A DNA stretch of 64,000 nucleotides from an uncultured delta proteobacterium (lineage in GTDB: Bacteria; Desulfobacterota; Desulfobacteria; Desulfobacterales; B30-G6), in the NCBI GenBank assembly GCA_963842925.1, contig CAWJIL010000009.1, positions 6,244-70,243 of the forward strand, written 5' to 3'. Position numbers and translations under genes: made by a program. Below the pieces are notes generated by a model. That model saw only the letters and a list, made by a program, of their open reading frames with translations. It was not told the origin of the DNA and searched no databases. The stretch's first letter is position 1; each line of letters starts with the position of its first letter. This document shows positions 1-8,184 of the stretch, in pieces.

Positions 1-68
1 CTTCCAAGCATATCTTCTTTCCTTCTATCGTTATTCATATTGCCTGATATCTGTCTTTATGTTATAAA

Positions 69-344
69 TTGAAGAACTTCGCATGCATACAAAGCACTGC
101 TGCACGGCAGAACCCACTTAGGATGGCGAAAGGCGTGATGAAATCATTCACAATGATGCGCAGGGGGCGAATCCAGGACCTTGATCGGTCCTTTGATTTG
201 CAATTCTGGCAGAAACAGGATTCCAAAGCTCGATTTACTGCCGCTTGGGAATTGATCGTTCATGCCTGGCGAGCGAAAGGCCGTGATGTTTGTCAACTCC
301 GACTTCAGCGATCTGTTGAGACTTTTCAACGCCAACAGCGTTGA
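69..344 (+). CDS. small hypothetical ORF (91 aa), possibly a decayed accessory-gene relic
   Basis: ORF track only; no catalytic motif recognised. Its 5' part carries a hairpin motif (gcactgcNgNacggcagaaccc) that recurs at 31669-31696. Confidence 0.25.
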   Translation: MKNFACIQSTAARQNPLRMAKGVMKSFTMMRRGRIQDLDRSFDLQFWQKQDSKARFTAAWELIVHAWRAKGRDVCQLRLQRSVETFQRQQR

Positions 345-351
345 ATTCTAA

Positions 352-573
352 TCAGTGCTTTTTATCTTTATTTGTGTGGTCAGATGTAATTCTTTTCAGC
401 CTATAGACAATTCCCAGACAGACAAAAAAAAGTGCGATTACCCCGACTAAAATGGTAGTCTTTATTCCCAAAATAGGTGACAGGATAAATATCACGAAGA
501 TCAGTAGTACAGCAATCTTGATGTACTCATTTTTCGAGCCCATATTAGCAAATAATTTCTTATACTCATCCAT
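352..573 (-). CDS. small membrane protein (73 aa)
   Basis: Two long hydrophobic segments (IAVLLIFVIFILSPILGI; ILVGVIALFFVCLGIVY). No family recognised. Confidence 0.4.
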   Translation of the reverse strand: MDEYKKLFANMGSKNEYIKIAVLLIFVIFILSPILGIKTTILVGVIALFFVCLGIVYRLKRITSDHTNKDKKH

Positions 574-720
574 ATCAAAATTCCCTACACGCTTTGCACA
601 TCATTTAAATCCCAAATAACAAAATCCAAACTTATTTCAATCACTGGAAATTCGAATTTTTAAATTATTTGAACTTTGTTTTTTGATGCTTGTAAATTTT
701 TCGATCATGGACACAACAAT

Positions 721-864
721 AGAAGCTATCTCAAAAATAGGATTTTGGTTCAAAGTCAAGGCAGAATCAAGTTTTAATCCGCAGGAATACTGAAGTATTT
801 TGAGGAGTTGAAACGAGATTCCAACACAGAAATTGGGCCATAAAATTTTTTTGAGATAGCTTCT
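721..864 (+). repeat. RepD long imperfect hairpin, copy 1
   Basis: Perfect 17-bp outer stem agaagctatctcaaaaa / tttttgagatagcttct. The core closely matches 30181-30275. Confidence 0.8.
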
Positions 865-866
865 AC

Positions 867-1868
867 TCAGGTGAACAGGGTATCCCTGGTCTCCTTGGGG
901 GACCTCCCTGTCCAGCGTTTGAAAGCCCTGGAAAAGGCACTGTGTTCGGAAAAACCAAGCATAAAGGCGATTTCGGTTAAATCGGTTTCCATGTCGCGTA
1001 TATAATTTTGAGCCAGTTCGCTGCGTGTCAGATCCAGGAGTTTTTGAAAGGAAGTGCCAAGGGTCTTCAGTCTTCGTTGAAGACTTCTGACGCTCATGTT
1101 TACCAAGGGGGCAACGTCCTGCTGCGCAACTTCTCCGGATGGAAGACGGTCAATGATGGCGGCCTTCACCTGGTTGACGGTATCACTATTTTCCAGTTTG
1201 GCAAGATAATCGATCATGATTTTATCATGGAGCAGGGCCATCTGGGGGTTATCACTGACCAGACGCTGGTCAACCGCATCAGACGGCAGGGTCAGGCTGT
1301 CCTGTCCTGCGTCAAACACAACCGGGGCTTTGAATACTTCCTGATAAGCCTGAAAGCAGGGCGGTTTCTTGCGGCTGAGGGAAATACTTACCGGGAATAA
1401 GTTGTCCCCGTAATTCATGCGACACATTTTCAAGATGCAGGCAAAAAGGGCATCGATCCGATTGGGTCGCGGTGCAACGTGAGAGGTCGGTTTTACAGCC
1501 AGGGCGAGCCCCTGATCATTATCCAGGAGGGTAATATCTGCAATCGGGCTTAATATCCGGTTATACCGTTTGTAGCGATTCAGGGCTTCTCGCAGCGTGT
1601 GGCTGGACAGCCAGGCATACCCAAGGGCGTGCATGTGTGCGGGATGCCATAGTTCACCTGCCCGCAAGCCAAAGCACGGGTCCGCAATAATCCTGGAAGC
1701 TTCCCGCCACAGTTCGTCTACGATCTTGAAAGGTACGCGCAGCCCCGCTGTTTTGATGGAGTCTCTTGAAATACCCGCCTTCGCAAAAAGCGGTGCAGGA
1801 TCGTGATGGTTGGATTCCAAAAGTTGCCACAGGATATCTGTGACTGCTAACAAGCTGCATGAGTTCAT
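867..1868 (-). CDS. AraC/XylS-family transcriptional regulator
   Basis: C-terminal AraC HTH signature (IAFMLGFSEHSAFSRAFKRWTGRSPKETR) after a ~230-aa N-terminal ligand-type domain. Confidence 0.85.
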   Translation of the reverse strand: MNSCSLLAVTDILWQLLESNHHDPAPLFAKAGISRDSIKTAGLRVPFKIVDELWREASRIIADPCFGLRAGELWHPAHMHALGYAWLSSHTLREALNRYKRYNRILSPIADITLLDNDQGLALAVKPTSHVAPRPNRIDALFACILKMCRMNYGDNLFPVSISLSRKKPPCFQAYQEVFKAPVVFDAGQDSLTLPSDAVDQRLVSDNPQMALLHDKIMIDYLAKLENSDTVNQVKAAIIDRLPSGEVAQQDVAPLVNMSVRSLQRRLKTLGTSFQKLLDLTRSELAQNYIRDMETDLTEIAFMLGFSEHSAFSRAFKRWTGRSPKETRDTLFT

Positions 1869-1970
1869 TAAAACCCTCCAAAGATAAAAATTCTACCGAG
1901 AACGGCGCTAAAAGTCAATAAACTGGCAGGAAAGGTCAAGCATTGATGGTCTGTATGTCTTATTGTTTTT

Positions 1971-2038
1971 TTGGATCATCTCAAAAAAGTTGATCCAAAT
2001 TAGGGTTCAAGGATTCCAGGGGTCCAGGATTCGAGTGA
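1971..2038 (+). repeat. RepE small hairpin module
   Basis: ggatcatctcaaaaaagttgatcc hairpin followed by ggttcaaggattccagg words. Related copies at 3639-3685 and, inverted, at 29017-29075. Confidence 0.7.
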
Positions 2039-2071
2039 GATGAAGTGGGTCACCAGCCCCCGGCAATTGGA

Positions 2072-2217
2072 TAGTGTCCGTCCAGAAATGATCTTTTCAC
2101 GCCCTGCCGGTGTTGGGCGCCATGATTTAACGCCTCAAAATAGCTCGCTATTCCTCCGGGTTAAATCTGACGCCCGCCTTGTCAGAACGCGAAAATCCCT
2201 ATTTCTGGAAGGACACT
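2072..2217. repeat. long imperfect hairpin forming the left boundary of an IR-bounded segment
   Basis: Arms tagtgtccgtccagaaat (2072-2089) and atttctggaaggacacta (2199-2216). 2072-2089 is a perfect 18-nt inverted repeat of 3322-3339. Confidence 0.7.
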
Positions 2218-2350
2218 AGTTAGCCGGGGCATATAGTGTCTTTCTGGATGCCGGATCGCGTCCGGCATGACAATAGATACCCTGTCGCTTGCTGCGGAGT
2301 AGTTCATTCACATCAAAAAAAAATTAAACCAGGAACCACCGGAGATCAGT

Positions 2351-2629
2351 ATGACAAATTACGCGTTAATATTGGGATGTATTTTAATCTTGGCTTTATT
2401 GACCCCAACCATGGCAAAGGCTGTTTCGCACGCCATGAACAAAAGACTGGCCAGAAAGCTGGCAAAAGGCCCTGTAGGCCTAATGCTGAAACATGATTTC
2501 AATTACGCCATGGAACTTTCCAAAATGGTCTCCGAAGGAGATCTCAGTCTCGCAGAAGTAACAAAGATTGCCGAGCATTGCCTGTGGAAAGCGGGGAAAT
2601 GGGATAAGAACCCCAATGTAAATCAATAG
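2351..2629 (+). CDS. small secreted hypothetical protein (92 aa)
   Basis: N-terminal signal-peptide-like segment (ALILGCILILALLTPTMAKA). Sits in an A+T-richer stretch. Confidence 0.45.
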   Translation: MTNYALILGCILILALLTPTMAKAVSHAMNKRLARKLAKGPVGLMLKHDFNYAMELSKMVSEGDLSLAEVTKIAEHCLWKAGKWDKNPNVNQ

Positions 2630-2639
2630 GAAAAATAAA

Positions 2640-3017
2640 ATGGTTAACAATATAAAACTCAAAAAGCTTACAAAAGCTCTGGCGGCACAAGAAACCGTGG
2701 ACAATACCCGTGATATCCTGATGGATTTTAATGTCCATATCATCGGGAAAATTGCCAAACACAAGGTTGATGAGATGAACGACAAAGCGTTCAGAAAATT
2801 TCTCAACACCTTGATACTTAGTCAGGATTCTATTGTTGCAGCCTGGCTTTTGGAACTCATTGCGAAAACCAATGAACCCATCGGATGCAAATACGATCCA
2901 GAGGACATTGAAAAATGGGTCAACGATCATACCAGGCACATCATGGCCGCCTGTGAAGAATTTGTTTTTAACATTGTCCAGGATAAAAGAAACAATGAAA
3001 AATATCCACAACATTGA
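2640..3017 (+). CDS. hypothetical protein (125 aa)
   Basis: ORF lies 10 nt after the previous stop on the same strand. No family recognised. Confidence 0.45.
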   Translation: MVNNIKLKKLTKALAAQETVDNTRDILMDFNVHIIGKIAKHKVDEMNDKAFRKFLNTLILSQDSIVAAWLLELIAKTNEPIGCKYDPEDIEKWVNDHTRHIMAACEEFVFNIVQDKRNNEKYPQH

Positions 3018-3223
3018 AACGCTGAAAACTGTGTTTTCACCCGCCGCCTGAAAGATATGGAATGTGAAACAAATTTCTCATCCCTGATAAAAATGCCGGT
3101 TTTATAGGCATTTATTTTCCCACCTTCCACACCTACGATACTGCGCATATATTTTTAACTTACTGTTATTATTTATCTTGTTATGACATGCAAGATATTG
3201 CATGATTCTTGCATTTTATTTTT

Positions 3224-3339
3224 AAATGAACTACCCCGCAGCAAGCTACGGGGTATCTATTGTCATGCCGGACGCGATAAGCCTGCCCCGGTAAGTAGTT
3301 GGCCGGGGGCATCCAGTTTATATTTCTGGACGGACACTA
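3224..3339. repeat. right-hand inverted repeat of the 2072-3339 segment
   Basis: 3224-3278 is the reverse complement of 2255-2310 with a few mismatches. 3322-3339 is a perfect reverse complement of 2072-2089. Confidence 0.75.
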
Positions 3340-3376
3340 AATAAAATCCTGTTAAAAAAATCGCACCACAATACAG

Positions 3377-3526
3377 ACGATTTCGCAAAAAATCAGAATT
3401 AGACGGTTTCGTAAAAAGTTCAAATTCAAGGCGTGCAAGTTTTGTAATCATGAGGCGTACTTATCGTACGTTGAATGACTACGAAATGCAGCACAACACA
3501 GAAGTTGGAATTTTTACGGGACCGTC
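3377..3526 (+). repeat. RepC long imperfect hairpin, copy 1
   Basis: gacggtttcgtaaaaag...tttttacgggaccgtc. Near-identical copies at 34003-34150 (+) and 41719-41868 (-). Confidence 0.85.
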
Positions 3527-3595
3527 AATACTGAGAACAAAAAAAAATCACTGCCATGCCGGGTGATAATTTTTAAAAATTCTATATGTCAGCTA

Positions 3596-3624
3596 CTTGA
3601 CAGAGAAGGCATTTTTAGGTAATA
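3596..3624 (+). promoter_or_regulatory. sigma70-like promoter candidate
   Basis: TTGACA (3596-3601), 17-nt spacer, TAATAT (3619-3624), about 80 nt upstream of the PilZ ORF. Confidence 0.45.
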
Positions 3625-3703
3625 TTTGTCATTAACAAATTGGATCATCTCCAAAACGTTGATCCAATTTAAGGATTCAAGAAATAAACTCCAAAACACT
3701 TGA

Positions 3704-4108
3704 TTGCTATCCGGTCATATTATGGTTCTACGCTTTTTAAAAAGACTGTTTACATTTAGATTTCGCAAGCGGCGACGCTTCAACGCACACGATGGCGTTT
3801 ACGTCATCATGGAAAACTCGATCAAAATGAACCAGGTCCAAAATATCAGTATGGGAGGGCTGGCTTTCGACTATGAAGACAACGGATATCTCGTCGGAAA
3901 AGGATCTCATCAGCTAAAAGTTTTGAAAGATAAGAAAATAAAACTTGATCGCATACCCTTTAGGACGGTTTCTGATTTTCCTGTGGGCGAAGTCCTTTAT
4001 CCCTATCGAAAAATAAAGCGACAAACCATACAGTTTGCAGGCTTGAACAGTTCCCAGAAAGCGCAACTCAAATATTTTATCAAAAATAATACTATTGGCA
4101 GGGCTTGA
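3704..4108 (+). CDS. PilZ-domain protein
   Basis: RxxxR-like (RKRRRF) and N-x-S-x-x-G (NISMGG) c-di-GMP-binding motifs. The start could instead be the Met at 3722. Confidence 0.6.
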   Translation: MLSGHIMVLRFLKRLFTFRFRKRRRFNAHDGVYVIMENSIKMNQVQNISMGGLAFDYEDNGYLVGKGSHQLKVLKDKKIKLDRIPFRTVSDFPVGEVLYPYRKIKRQTIQFAGLNSSQKAQLKYFIKNNTIGRA

Positions 4109-4146
4109 ACATCTTACTGATGCCTTGAGCTATCCGTCTTAACAAG

Positions 4147-4171
4147 CAGAGCTGTTCGCTCTGTTTTTTTT
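4147..4171 (+). terminator. weak intrinsic terminator
   Basis: cagagc-tgttc-gctctg stem-loop followed by T8. Confidence 0.45.
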
Positions 4172-4192
4172 ATTACCTTCTCATGGTTCTGC

Positions 4193-4393
4193 ATGGAAAA
4201 TATTGTCCAAATTCTCAAACTCATTCCCATTCTGATCGCTGCCATTCTGCTTGGCAACTGGTTTCTGTCTGAACTCAAACGTGCCAATGCAACTGGCAAA
4301 CCCTGGTATACGGCCTATCTTTCCCCACCAGGCCTGCTCATAATGCTGGCCATTCTTGTAATCCCCGTCGTGCTATGGTTGCTGTCACATTGA
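4193..4393 (+). CDS. small membrane protein (66 aa)
   Basis: Two hydrophobic helices. Overlaps the start of the helicase ORF by 19 nt. Confidence 0.35.
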   Translation: MENIVQILKLIPILIAAILLGNWFLSELKRANATGKPWYTAYLSPPGLLIMLAILVIPVVLWLLSH

Positions 4394-5748
4394 AGATCGA
4401 GCTATCCAAAGACCTGAAGCTTTCCGATATCCCCGAACCCATCAAAGCTGAACTCATCCGCAAACTGACCATACCCAACCCCAAATATCTTGAAAACGCC
4501 AGAATGGGTAGATGGAACAGAAACGTTCCCAAAGTGCTTCGCTTTTTCCACCGCTACAAAGAGACCTTATGGATTCCCCGGGGATACCTCCGGCAGCTAA
4601 TCATCCTGTGCCGGCATCACCAGATTCCATACCAGATGGAAGATCACAGACGAAAACTGCCATCAGCAAATTTTTCTTTCCAGGGTGAATTGAAATCCTT
4701 TCAGACAAAGGCCGTCGATAAAATGCTGTCCCGGGACTTCGGGACCCTGAATTCACCCACCGGCAGCGGCAAGACCGTCATGGGTCTCTTTATGATCGCT
4801 CAGAGGCAGCAGCCAGCCCTGGTGGTCGTTCACACAAAAGACCTGGCCTATCAGTGGATTGAACAGATTATGCATTTTTTAGGAATTCCCGAATCACAAA
4901 TTGGATTGATTGGATCCGGAAAGAAAAAGATTGGGGATGCCATTACCGTTGCACTTGTCCAATCGCTTTATCGTTGTGCAGATGTTGTATCAAAGAGGAT
5001 AGGGCACATCATCGTTGATGAGTGTCATCGGACGCCTAGCCGCACCTTCACGGACGCTGTTACCGAATTTGACGCCATATTTATGCTCGGTCTGTCGGCC
5101 ACCCCATTTCGCAGGGATAATCTTTCAAATTTGATATTCTGGCACCTGGGTGATGTGCACCATTCAGTGGATAAATCTCAGCTGATCGAGGAAGGGCACA
5201 TTCTCGAGGCTGAAATCATCGTTCGTGAAACCGAGTTTGAAGCCTACCATGACCCTGTGAACAGTTACAGCAAGATGCTACTGGAATTGACCATGAATGA
5301 CGATCGTAACCATCTCATCGCATCGGATGTGGTCAAAGAAATTCAAAGGGGTGAAGGCATCTGTCTGGTTCTTTCCGACAGAAAGAGGCATTGTGAGACA
5401 CTGCTGTCACTCCTGCGCTACAAACATCACGTGGATGCGGATCTTTTGACCGGTGATTTGTCCAACGAACAACGGCAAAACGTTCTCCGTCGTGTCAAAG
5501 CCGGCGCCGTCCCGGTCGTCATTGCCACCGGTCAGTTGGTGGGAGAAGGGTTTGACTGCCCCAACCTGACAAGCCTGTTTCTGGCAACACCCATCCGTTT
5601 CAGTGGAAGGGTTCTCCAATATCTTGGGAGGGTCCTCAGACCCGCAGAAGATAAAAACAGCGCCAGGGTCTACGACTATGTGGACGTCAAAGTCGGTGTG
5701 CTAAAGTCTGCCGCTAAACATCGGCAACAGGTGTATACAAATAAGTAA
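4375..5748 (+). CDS. superfamily-2 DEAD/DEAH-box helicase (Rad25/type III Res-like)
   Basis: Walker A SPTGSGKT, motif II DECH, motif III SATP, and a C-terminal helicase domain (ATGQLVGEGFD). Confidence 0.85.
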   Translation: MVAVTLKIELSKDLKLSDIPEPIKAELIRKLTIPNPKYLENARMGRWNRNVPKVLRFFHRYKETLWIPRGYLRQLIILCRHHQIPYQMEDHRRKLPSANFSFQGELKSFQTKAVDKMLSRDFGTLNSPTGSGKTVMGLFMIAQRQQPALVVVHTKDLAYQWIEQIMHFLGIPESQIGLIGSGKKKIGDAITVALVQSLYRCADVVSKRIGHIIVDECHRTPSRTFTDAVTEFDAIFMLGLSATPFRRDNLSNLIFWHLGDVHHSVDKSQLIEEGHILEAEIIVRETEFEAYHDPVNSYSKMLLELTMNDDRNHLIASDVVKEIQRGEGICLVLSDRKRHCETLLSLLRYKHHVDADLLTGDLSNEQRQNVLRRVKAGAVPVVIATGQLVGEGFDCPNLTSLFLATPIRFSGRVLQYLGRVLRPAEDKNSARVYDYVDVKVGVLKSAAKHRQQVYTNK

Positions 5749-5978
5749 GGGTTCGAGGGTGGCTGACGGCTATCAGCGGATAGCAGCATCACAGCATACA
5801 AAGGGTTCAAGGGTCCGAGGGTGATACAAGGGTTCGAGGGTGGCTGACAGCTATGAGCAGATAGCAGCATCATAGCTTCCCAGCATACATTCAAGGGTCC
5901 GAGGGTGATACAAGGGTTCGAGGGTGGCTGACGGCTATGAGCAGATAGCAGCATCCTAGCCTCCCAGCACACAAAGGC
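5748..5978. repeat. tandem array, about 2.8 copies of an ~82-nt unit
   Basis: Units start at about 5748, 5829 and 5913 (aagggttcgagggtggctgacRgctatSagcRgatagcagcatc...). The array fills the whole convergent gap. Confidence 0.9.
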
Positions 5979-6890
5979 TTAGTCCAATCGGACTATTCCT
6001 TCCGCTTTTGCAGCTGAAATCGCATCCCTAAACTCAGTCCTGGAAATGCTTCTTTGAAGCGCTTTGATACCCGTGACATCGCCACAGGGTCGGTATTGAG
6101 ACATGAGGTTGACATAGGTGTTGGTGGATATTTCCCGGGAGATAAACCGCATGATTTCGCGTGTATCTGCCTTTCCTTCGGGCAGCACCAGATGGCGTAT
6201 TAACAGGCCCCTCTGGGCGACACCCCTTCGATCGAAAACCAGGCCCCCCACCTGGCGGTGCATTTCTTGTATGGCTTTTCTGGCAACTTCCGGATAATCC
6301 GGCGCCTGGCAAGTTAATTCAGCGATATCCGAATCCCAGAATTTGAAATCCGGCATATAGATATCAACGACACCGTCCAAGAGCTTCAATGTTTCAACCC
6401 GGTCATAGCCCCCTGAATTGTAAACCAGTGGTATGCTCAGCCCCTGTGCACATGCCATTTCCACAGCAGACAATAGCATGGGCACGACATGAGAGGGTGT
6501 CACGAAATTGATATTGTGGCAGCCTTCATTTTGCAGTGAGAGCATCATGGATGCCAGTTGCGTGTCGCTGACTTCTTGGCCAACACCCTGGTGGCTGATA
6601 TCATCGTTTTGACAGAAGGTGCACAACAGGCTGCAGTGGGTAAAGAAGATGGTACCCGAACCGTGCATCCCGACCAGGGGTGCTTCTTCCCCAAAATGAG
6701 GGTTAAAACTGGAAACCCACGCTTTTTCGTTTGTTTTGCAGATACCTGTTTGCCGGTGATCTGTCCGGTCGATATTGCACCGGCGGGGGCACATACTGCA
6801 GGCGTGCAATCGGCGGGAAGCTTCTTTTTTACGCTGTCTGAGCAAGCCCGAGCGATTGCTTTTCATATAGGCAGGTTTAAAATCAGTCAC
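5979..6890 (-). CDS. radical SAM protein, PflX-like (activase homologue)
   Basis: CxxxCxxC motif (HCSLLCTFCQN). Size and layout are typical of the COG1313 PflX family. Confidence 0.8.
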   Translation of the reverse strand: MTDFKPAYMKSNRSGLLRQRKKEASRRLHACSMCPRRCNIDRTDHRQTGICKTNEKAWVSSFNPHFGEEAPLVGMHGSGTIFFTHCSLLCTFCQNDDISHQGVGQEVSDTQLASMMLSLQNEGCHNINFVTPSHVVPMLLSAVEMACAQGLSIPLVYNSGGYDRVETLKLLDGVVDIYMPDFKFWDSDIAELTCQAPDYPEVARKAIQEMHRQVGGLVFDRRGVAQRGLLIRHLVLPEGKADTREIMRFISREISTNTYVNLMSQYRPCGDVTGIKALQRSISRTEFRDAISAAKAEGIVRLD

Positions 6891-6924
6891 GAATATACCT
6901 TTGCGATTACCCTTTACGAACCGA

Positions 6925-7025
6925 TTGGTTTATTTCGTATTTCGATATTAGGATTTAGAATTTATCACACGCTGAATGTGTATAATATTAATCCCTTATA
7001 GGGTTATATCATTTGGACCAGGGTA
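6925..7025 (-). repeat. RepA partial copy (left half)
   Basis: The reverse complement matches 32377-32480 (cctataagggattaatattata...gtgtgataaattctaaatcc.aatatcgaaatacgaaa). Confidence 0.8.
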
Positions 7026-7026
7026 T

Positions 7027-7311
7027 TTACTCTTTTAGAAGCGCAAGGGCTTTCCGAGCCACACGATCATCCAGCAGGCTGGCCATGGCGGTAATGAGCG
7101 CATCCGGTGCGCCCTTGTAGTGCATTTCTTCCATGAGGGTGTTGATCATGGAAGAACGGTGAAATGCATCTTTCTCCAAGATCGACAACAAGGTGTTTCG
7201 TATGTCCGGTGTTTCTTTGGCCACCTGTATCAGGGTGATGAAAGGTTCTTCGATGGGCGTCTGTTCAGAGCGTTTTTTTACGCGTGATATGAGTTTTTTC
7301 AAATATTTCAT
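7027..7311 (-). CDS. hypothetical protein (94 aa)
   Basis: ORF only. Co-directional with the two lipoprotein genes upstream. Confidence 0.4.
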   Translation of the reverse strand: MKYLKKLISRVKKRSEQTPIEEPFITLIQVAKETPDIRNTLLSILEKDAFHRSSMINTLMEEMHYKGAPDALITAMASLLDDRVARKALALLKE

Positions 7312-7343
7312 AATTTGCCATGTTGTTTATGCAGCGATAGGGC

Positions 7344-7802
7344 TTACTCGGAGAATAGTGTCCTTAAATAAGACCGGTCAGATGCTTTTTCAAAAATAAC
7401 ATCCTGCAAGGTGCCCTGAGAATTGAACCAAAAAGTCAGGGTATCGTAACGTGTCAACCCGCCCCTTGCCGAGATTTCAGCAGATCCGCCTATGGCGACT
7501 TCAAACACCGGAATCCCTATAGAAAGGCCGCTCTCCTGATACAGGGAGCGCCGGTAAATGAGCAAATCTGTGTTGTCGAGAGAATGAATCCCATCCGGTG
7601 CGCCCAAACTGGACAAGACATCGCCGATGGTTGTCTGACCTGCCAGGAAAGCATCACCCGGCTCTTTAATCTCAAGTCCTTCAACCCGGCGTTCATACTG
7701 ATAGGAGATACATCCCGAGAAACTCAACAGGATGCCGGCCACCAGGGCAAGCGCTGCAAAATAACGATTAAAACGGCAAGCCATATTCAGCCTTGTCTGC
7801 AT
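7344..7802 (-). CDS. lipoprotein, paralogue A
   Basis: Lipobox LLSFSGC. Shares the G-x-T..D...LGAP...IYRRS pattern with the adjacent ORF. Confidence 0.6.
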   Translation of the reverse strand: MQTRLNMACRFNRYFAALALVAGILLSFSGCISYQYERRVEGLEIKEPGDAFLAGQTTIGDVLSSLGAPDGIHSLDNTDLLIYRRSLYQESGLSIGIPVFEVAIGGSAEISARGGLTRYDTLTFWFNSQGTLQDVIFEKASDRSYLRTLFSE

Positions 7803-8148
7803 TTAAATTCGCACCATAGTGCGTCAAGAAATCATTCTTATCAAAGAAAAAGGCAACCTGGTCGACCTGGGTGTCATAGTTTGTAAAGCTGAGAAAAATC
7901 AGCCAGATCAAGGTGGCCTTGGCGACAGAACGTCGGTAAATATATGCATCCCCATTGGACAACTTAACCGTACTCGTGGGGGCGCCGAACAGTGCCGTGA
8001 TATCTGTCGCTGTTGTTATACCCGGTTGAATAGACTCAAGAACCGCGGGGTCGAAGGGGTGATATTCCTTATTGGTGCCAAATACAAAACAACCCGTACA
8101 AAGAAGCAGGAAGGTTAATGTCGGTAATATAAAATATCTGTGGGGCAC
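7768..8148 (-). CDS. lipoprotein, paralogue B
   Basis: Lipobox LLLCTGC. Its 3' end overlaps the next ORF. Confidence 0.6.
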   Translation of the reverse strand: MPHRYFILPTLTFLLLCTGCFVFGTNKEYHPFDPAVLESIQPGITTATDITALFGAPTSTVKLSNGDAYIYRRSVAKATLIWLIFLSFTNYDTQVDQVAFFFDKNDFLTHYGANLNADKAEYGLPF

Positions 8149-8184
8149 GATTGTTTCTCCTGTTTATTCTCCCAATTTACTTGG

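Noticed and set aside
69-344. Toxin-antitoxin / nucleotidyltransferase pair at the window start
   Set aside because: Only a weak, out-of-frame N-terminal-like peptide (DLLRLFNANSVEF-stop) remains and no intact partner gene is present. It is kept only as a low-confidence ORF.
5750-5830. tRNA-like T-arm strings (gggttcgagggt, ggttcaagggtcc) here and at 1990-2040, 8190-8230 and 36989-37090
   Set aside because: No acceptor stem, anticodon arm or cloverleaf can be drawn. The strings are repeat words.
5676-5972. 98-aa minus-strand ORF with an internally repeated peptide
   Set aside because: It is simply the translation of the tandem array. It overlaps the helicase 3' end and has no start context.
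5748-5978. Possible CRISPR array
   Set aside because: The units are directly adjacent ~82-nt tandem copies with no unique spacers. No cas genes or leader are present, and related single units occur elsewhere.
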